A DNA stretch of 64,000 nucleotides from Mycobacteriaceae bacterium (GTDB taxonomy: Bacteria; Actinomycetota; Actinomycetes; Mycobacteriales; Mycobacteriaceae), in assembly GCA_037138275.1 (NCBI GenBank), contig JBAXIR010000001.1:9916-73915 (forward strand). Direction: 5' to 3'. Under the pieces are notes generated by a model. The model had not been told where the DNA came from and ran no database searches. It saw only the letters and a program-made list of their open reading frames with translations. The first letter of the stretch is position 1, and each line of letters begins with the position of its first letter. Made by a program: the position numbers and the translations under genes. This document shows, one piece after another, positions 54,909 through 64,000 of this stretch.

Positions 54909-55580
54909 GTGCACGAACCCCTCTCCAGGCTCAGTCACGCTCGGCTGTATTTGTGCACCGACGCCCGCCGCGAACGTGGTGATCTGGCCGAGTTCGCCGA
55001 TGCCGCCCTGGCAGGCGGAGTGGACATCATTCAGTTGCGCGACAAAGGCTCGGCCGGTGAGGCACGATTCGGCGCCCTGGAGGCCCGCGGTGAGCTTGCC
55101 GCCCTGGAAGTCCTGGCTGACGCCGCCCGCCGCCATGGCGCGCTGCTGGCGGTCAACGACCGCGCCGACATCGCCCGCGCGGCCGGTGCCGACGTGCTGC
55201 ACCTCGGCCAGGACGACCTGCCACTGCCGATCGCCCACGAGATCGTCGGCCCGATAGCGCTGATCGGCCGGTCCACCCACGCGATCGGGGAGGCCACCCG
55301 AGCCCTCAGCGAGGACGTCGACTACTTCTGCGTGGGCCCGTGCTGGCCGACGCCCACCAAACCGGGCCGTCCCGCACCCGGACTCGACCTCGTGCGGGAG
55401 GTGGCAGCGACCGACACGGCCAAGCCGTGGTTCGCGATCGGCGGAATCGACGAAGACCGACTCGGTGAGGTGCTCGACGCCGGTGCCCGGCGCATCGTCG
55501 TCGTCCGCGCCATCACCGAGGCGCCCGATCCGGGCGCGGCGGCCCGGCGATTGCGCGCGACGATCACAGCTGCGAGCTGA
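54909..55580 (+). CDS. thiE: Thiamine-phosphate synthase
   Basis: [39 protein letters not shown] 6 nt after TACCGT. Confidence 0.96.
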   Translation: MHEPLSRLSHARLYLCTDARRERGDLAEFADAALAGGVDIIQLRDKGSAGEARFGALEARGELAALEVLADAARRHGALLAVNDRADIARAAGADVLHLGQDDLPLPIAHEIVGPIALIGRSTHAIGEATRALSEDVDYFCVGPCWPTPTKPGRPAPGLDLVREVAATDTAKPWFAIGGIDEDRLGEVLDAGARRIVVVRAITEAPDPGAAARRLRATITAAS

Positions 55581-56037
55581 GCAGCTTCCAACTGGCCGCG
55601 AAGCCGGGGTGCAGTGGCAGGGCCGTCACCTGTTCCAGCGCAACCCAATTCAGCGCGGTGCTCTCCGGATTGAGCACCGTCGGCAGTTGTTCTGAGGTGT
55701 CGGCGACGACGGTCGTGTAGGTCCAGTGCACGCCGCCGGGGCCACGCACGTCGGCGGTGACGACGCTGAACCGGACCTGCAGGTGCTCGCGGGGAAGACC
55801 GGCCTCCTCGTGGGCCTCGCGGAGCGCGGCCTCCTCGGGCGTCTCATGACTGTCGCGGGCCCCGCCGGGCAGCCCCCAGGTGCCGCCCTGATGACTCCAC
55901 GGCGCGCGGTGCTGCAGCAGCACCGCCGCGGTGCCGTTGTCCACCGGCGCGAGAAGCAAGAGTCCGGCGGCGCCGTGCCGGCCCCAGTGGCGGGTGCCCT
56001 GGTGTGACACCACCCATCCGTCGCCGTCGCCTCGCAC
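55564..56037 (-). CDS. NUDIX hydrolase (MutT3-like)
   Basis: Nudix box [23 protein letters not shown]. Confidence 0.92.
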   Translation of the reverse strand: MRGDGDGWVVSHQGTRHWGRHGAAGLLLLAPVDNGTAAVLLQHRAPWSHQGGTWGLPGGARDSHETPEEAALREAHEEAGLPREHLQVRFSVVTADVRGPGGVHWTYTTVVADTSEQLPTVLNPESTALNWVALEQVTALPLHPGFAASWKLLSSQL

Positions 56038-56131
56038 GCGTTCAGGATAAACACGCTATCGGTGGCGGCTGCTCTTAGACTTCCATGCAGAGAGTCGGGC
56101 GCACCGGCGATGGGAGCGAGGTCCGCGCGAG

Positions 56132-57447
56132 GTGACCGTCGAACTGGCGCACCCGTCGAGCGAACCGTTAGCCCAGCGGACGCCGGACCAGCCCACACAC
56201 CCGAGGTGGTCGTTCGCCAACACCACGCCAGGCCGGCTGCTCGCGATCGGGGCCGTCCTGGCGATGCTGGGTGTGCTCAGCGCGTTCGCCATCTCGACCA
56301 CGATCACCGAACGTCAACTGCAGCTGACCAACGTCCTCGACCACACCGAGCCGATGGCGTTCGCGGCCGGTCAGCTCTACACCACGCTGTCGGTGGCCGA
56401 CGCCGCCGCCGCAACCGCCATGATCTCCGGTGCCGAGCCGCGGGCCGTGCGGCAGCGCTACGAGCAGGCGATCACCGACGCGGCCGTCGCCGTCACCCGG
56501 GCATCGAGCGGGCTGACCGACCCGGCCCTGGTCGAACTTCTCGGCCGGACCAACGCGCATCTGGCGGTCTACACCGGATTGATCGAGACCGCGCGGACCA
56601 ACAACCGGGTGGGCAACCCGGTCGGCTCGTCGTACCTGTCCGAGGCCTCGGCCCTGATGCAGCAGACGATCCTGCCGGACGCGCAACGTCTCTACGAGGC
56701 GACGTCGGCGCGGGTGGATGCTGAGACGACCGCGTCAGCCACGATTCCCGCGCCGGTCATCATCATCGTCGCCATCACCCTGTTGTTCGGCGCCTTTGCC
56801 CACCGCTGGCTGGCCCGGCACACCAAACGACGGGTCAACGTCGGCCTGGTGATCGGCGGGCTGGCGATCGCGATCATGATCATCTGGGTGGGCACCGCGC
56901 TGGCCATCTCCACTGCGGGCAGTCGCGCCGCGAAGAACACCGCGGCCGAGTCGCTGCGCGCGGTGACCAGCCTCGCCATTACCGCACAGCAGGCCCGGGC
57001 CGATGAGACGCTGGCGCTGATCCGACGCGGCGACGAAGACGTCCGCAAACGTTCCTACTACCAGCGGGTCGATCAGATGCGCGACGAACTTCGCGACTAC
57101 CTCGGACGTACGAACACCGTCGACAAGAGCGGCCTGGCCCAGGCCGACCAGCTTCTGCAGAAGTGGCGCCAGGCCGATGAGCGGATCGACGACTACATCA
57201 GGGTGGGTAACTATCAGGCGGCGACCCAGGTGGCGTTGGGCACCGGCGACGACGATTCCACCCCGGCCTTCGACAGGCTCAATGATGCGCTGAACCAGGG
57301 AATCCAGCAGAGCCGAACGCAACTGCGCAGCGACATCTCGTCAGCCCGCCGGGTGTTGTCGGGCACGACGGTGGGTGGGGCGTTGCTGTCGATAAGCGCC
57401 GCGCTGGCGGTGGCGTTGGGCCTGTGGCCGAGGTTAAGTGAGTACCG

Positions 57448-57451
<4 letters not shown>
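56132..57451 (+). CDS. glnX: GlnX membrane protein with 4-helix sensor-type domains (Rv0412c)
   Basis: MTVELAHPSSEP N-terminus, four TM segments, LWPRLSEYR end; upstream of glnH-pknG. Confidence 0.92.
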
Positions 57452-60674
<3,223 letters not shown>

Positions 60675-60688
60675 TTCGCCGACTAGAA

Positions 60689-61828
60689 CTAGACGGCAGC
60701 CGCGGCGGCCCGGGCGATCGCCAGTTCCTCATCGGTGGGCATCACCAGAACCGTGATCCGCGAGGTTTTTGCGGAGATGCGGCGTGCGCCGCGATCGGCG
60801 CTGCCGTTGAGCGCGTTGTCGAGTTCGATGCCGAGGCTCTCCAGGCCGCTGAGGGAATCGCGACGCACCTGCGCATCGTTCTCGCCGACGCCTGCGGTGA
60901 AGGTGATGACGTCGGTGCGGCCGAGCACCGCGAGGTAGGCGCCGATGTACTTGCGAAGCCGGTGGATGTAGACGTCGTAAGCCAATTGCGCGGCCTCGTC
61001 GCCGGCGGCGATGCTGGCGTGCAGCGCACGGAAATCACTCTCGCCGGACAGCCCGAGCATCCCGGAGTGCCGATTCAGCATCGTCTCGATCTCATCGACG
61101 CCCATTCCACCCGTGCGCCAGAGGTAGCCGATGATTCCCGCGTCGATGTCACCGGAACGGCTGCCCATCACCAAACCCTCAAGTGGCGTGAGCCCCATTG
61201 AGGTGTCCACCGGCCGGCCACCGGCGATCGCCGACGCCGACGCTCCGTTGCCCAGGTGCAGCACGATCTGATTCAGCGACTCCGGACGTGAGCCGAGGAA
61301 CTCGGCGACCTGCTCGCTGACGAACCGGTGCGATGTGCCGTGGAATCCGTAGCGCCGGATCTTCCAGCGCGCGGCCACATCACGATCAATCGCGTAGGTC
61401 GCCGCCGCGGCCGGCAGATGGTGGAAGAAGGCCGTATCGAACACCGCTACATGCGGCAGGTCCGGCAACACCTTGCGGGCCACCTCGATACCAAGGACCG
61501 CCGGCGGATTGTGCAGGGGCGCCAGGGGCGCCAGGTCGCGGAGTTGTTCCAGTAGTTCGTCGTCGACGACTGTCGGCCGGTAAAGATCGGGGCCGCCGTG
61601 CACCACCCGGTGTCCGACCGCCACCAGTCCGAGGTCGGCGAGTTTCTGCCCTCCCGGCGCCAGTACGTCGAAGGCCGCTCGCAGAGCAGCCTCGTGGTCG
61701 GCGACTCCGCCCTCCTCCCCGATCCGTTCGACGATGCCGTCGACCAGTGACGCACCCGTATCGGGTTGCACCAGTGAATATTTCAGCGACGACGATCCGG
61801 AGTTGAGCACCAGCACGGTATCTGCCAT
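60689..61828 (-). CDS. ackA: Acetate kinase
   Basis: [36 protein letters not shown]. Confidence 0.98.
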   Translation of the reverse strand: MADTVLVLNSGSSSLKYSLVQPDTGASLVDGIVERIGEEGGVADHEAALRAAFDVLAPGGQKLADLGLVAVGHRVVHGGPDLYRPTVVDDELLEQLRDLAPLAPLHNPPAVLGIEVARKVLPDLPHVAVFDTAFFHHLPAAAATYAIDRDVAARWKIRRYGFHGTSHRFVSEQVAEFLGSRPESLNQIVLHLGNGASASAIAGGRPVDTSMGLTPLEGLVMGSRSGDIDAGIIGYLWRTGGMGVDEIETMLNRHSGMLGLSGESDFRALHASIAAGDEAAQLAYDVYIHRLRKYIGAYLAVLGRTDVITFTAGVGENDAQVRRDSLSGLESLGIELDNALNGSADRGARRISAKTSRITVLVMPTDEELAIARAAAAAV

Positions 61829-63906
61829 CACAGCCCCTGGGCCTGAATCGCGGTGATCGCGACGGTATTGACGATGTCTTCGACCAACGCACCCCGGGAG
61901 AGGTCGTTGACCGGCTTGTTGAGGCCCTGCAGCACCGGGCCGATGGCGATCGCGCCGGCACTGCGCTGTACCGCCTTGTAGGTGTTGTTGCCGGTGTTGA
62001 GGTCCGGGAAGATCAGCACGGTGGCCTGTCCCGCGACCGGTGAACCCGGCATTTTGGCCTCCGCCACAACCGGATCGACAGCAGCGTCATACTGGATCGG
62101 GCCTTCCACCAGCAGGCTGGGCTCTCGTTGGCGAACGAGTTCGGTTGCGGCCCTTACCTTGTCCACCCCGGCGCCACTGCCTGACTCGCCGGTGGAGTAG
62201 CTCAGCATGGCCACCCGCGGGTCGATACCGAACTGGGCGGCAGTCCGGGCCGAACTGATCGCGATATCGGCCAGTTCCTCCGACGTCGGATCCGGCACGA
62301 TCGCGCAGTCGCCGTAGGCCAACACCCGGTCGGACAGGCACATCAGGAAGATGCTGGACACCGTTGAGACTCCGGGCTGGGTCTTGATGATCTCGAAGGA
62401 GGGTTTCACGGTGTGCGCGGTGGTGTGTGCCGCACCGGACACCATGCCGTCGACAATCCCGTTGTGCACCAACATCGTTCCGAAGTAGGAAACGTCGACG
62501 ACGATCTCGCGGGCCTGCTCGAGCGTGACCCCCTTGGCCTTGCGGAGTTCGGCGTACTGGGCGGCGAACTGCTCGCTCAAGTCACTGGCGTGCGGGTTGA
62601 TGACGGTGGCCGCACTGAGGTCGACACCCAGTTCAGCGGCCCGGGAACGCACCTTGACCTCGTCACCCAGAATCGTCAGCTCCGCTACGCCGCGCAGCAG
62701 CAGTCGGCCGGCCGCCTTGAGGATCCGGTCGTCGTCGCCTTCAGGGAGCACGATTCGCTTCCGATCAGCCCGGGCACGATCCATCAACCGATGGGTGAAC
62801 ATCTGCGGCGTGGTCACCGCCGGAATCGGAATCGCGAGCCGGGTGATCAGATCGTCCATGTCGACGTGGCGGTCCATCAACTCGATGGCGGTGTCGATCT
62901 TGCGTTGCGATGCCGCGGTGACCCGGCCGCGGGTGTTGGCCACCGCACCTGCCGCCTCGAAGGTGCGCAGGTCTGTGTAGATCACCGGAAGCCGAAGACC
63001 CAGGCCGGCAACGAGTTTGGCAATCAACGGGTTCAGCACCAATCCGCCGTTGAGGACGATCGTGGACAACGTGGGAAACCCGTCGGCGGCGTGCGCACTG
63101 GCGACCGCGAGCACCACGTCGGAACGGTCACCCGGGGTGATCACCGCAACACCCTCGGTCAGCCGCTCCAGAACATGGTCGACGGTCATGCCCGCGACGA
63201 TCACATCAAGCACCTCGCGGGACATCAGCGAGGCGTCGCCGTGGATCAGGGTGCCCTGCACCGCGGCGCACAGTTCAGCCACCGTCGGCGCCACCAGGAG
63301 CGGCTCCTCCGGCAGCACGTAGACGCGGGGTTCCAGATCACGACAGGCGGCCGCAACGGCCTCCATCTTCGCCAGTTCACAACGGTTGGCCACCACCGCG
63401 GCGGTGTGGGTGTGCTGCAGGGCCAACTCGGCTTGGCAGAGTTCGATCACCGCGGCAACCTCGTCGGGAGTGCGGCCGCTGGCCCGAACCGATAGCAGCA
63501 CCGGTGCACCCAGGTTGGCCGCGATGCGCGCATTGACGCTGAGTTCGGTCGGCGAGGCCACGTCGGTGTAGTCCGATCCGACGATCACCATGGCGTCGCA
63601 GCGTTCGGCCACGGCGTGATAGCGGTCCACGATGTCGGCGATCGCGGCATCGGGGTCGGCGTGCATGCGCTGATAGGTCACCCCGACGCACTCGGCATAG
63701 GTCAACCCGGCGTTGCTCTGGGCAAGCAGTAGCTCGAGGATATAGTCGGTGTCCTCACGCCGCGCGATCGGCCGGAACACCCCGACCCTGGGCACCATTG
63801 CGGTCAAGCGGTGCAGGATGCCCAGCGCGATGGTGGACTTGCCGGTCTCCCCTTCCGGGGACGCGATGTAAATAGATCTGGTGGGGCGCTCGTCGGTCAC
63901 CCGCAT
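61828..63906 (-). CDS. pta: Phosphate acetyltransferase (long form with DRTGG domain)
   Basis: [37 protein letters not shown]. Confidence 0.98.
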   Translation of the reverse strand: MRVTDERPTRSIYIASPEGETGKSTIALGILHRLTAMVPRVGVFRPIARREDTDYILELLLAQSNAGLTYAECVGVTYQRMHADPDAAIADIVDRYHAVAERCDAMVIVGSDYTDVASPTELSVNARIAANLGAPVLLSVRASGRTPDEVAAVIELCQAELALQHTHTAAVVANRCELAKMEAVAAACRDLEPRVYVLPEEPLLVAPTVAELCAAVQGTLIHGDASLMSREVLDVIVAGMTVDHVLERLTEGVAVITPGDRSDVVLAVASAHAADGFPTLSTIVLNGGLVLNPLIAKLVAGLGLRLPVIYTDLRTFEAAGAVANTRGRVTAASQRKIDTAIELMDRHVDMDDLITRLAIPIPAVTTPQMFTHRLMDRARADRKRIVLPEGDDDRILKAAGRLLLRGVAELTILGDEVKVRSRAAELGVDLSAATVINPHASDLSEQFAAQYAELRKAKGVTLEQAREIVVDVSYFGTMLVHNGIVDGMVSGAAHTTAHTVKPSFEIIKTQPGVSTVSSIFLMCLSDRVLAYGDCAIVPDPTSEELADIAISSARTAAQFGIDPRVAMLSYSTGESGSGAGVDKVRAATELVRQREPSLLVEGPIQYDAAVDPVVAEAKMPGSPVAGQATVLIFPDLNTGNNTYKAVQRSAGAIAIGPVLQGLNKPVNDLSRGALVEDIVNTVAITAIQAQGL

Positions 63907-64000
63907 AGCTTTGCGCAGCCGGAGTGTCCATGGAAGCGACTTTTCAATTCATTCCTCAGTCAACTTTCTGTTCACTGTTCAGCCAACTAGCCGTCGGTTA

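Noticed and set aside
62413-63495. 360-aa plus-strand ORF (and similar long antisense ORFs at 2124-3728, 24767-25786, 43108-44112, 53820-54761)
   Set aside because: Shadow frames opposite well-supported genes.
63907-64000. Possible gene end or sRNA upstream of pta
   Set aside because: Too little sequence at the window edge to support any call.

Overview
A 64-kb high-GC chromosomal segment from a mycobacterium, most likely a rapid-growing Mycolicibacterium-type lineage (inferred from gene content). It is colinear, in reverse orientation, with the M. tuberculosis H37Rv Rv0408-Rv0486 region. Gene order: mshA, murB, hbhA, umaA, fadB2, lpd, ppk2, groEL2, moeA-psd-pssA, sodC, def, xthA, thiD, thiG-thiS-thiO/thiE with a TPP riboswitch, glnX-glnH-pknG, ackA, pta. 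There are no rRNA, tRNA, CRISPR or classical IS elements. Most notable: (1) a ~970-bp cassette in which a frameshifted DUF559/Vsr-like nuclease-family gene sits between two inverted 60-bp palindromic repeats and has a degenerate PafBC-type promoter; (2) clean absence, at their usual positions, of icl1, ramB, thiC, deoC, ldtC/Rv0484c/Rv0485 and the aldehyde dehydrogenase that normally precedes DUF779; (3) a SodC with a Met/His-rich insert and an HxGD zinc-ligand motif; (4) a small HdeA/B-like lipoprotein inserted in the sodC operon; (5) a foreign-looking divergent DoxX gene pair; (6) an expanded HbhA Lys-rich tail. Homology and synteny calls come from recalled family motifs and H37Rv gene order, not from database searches.
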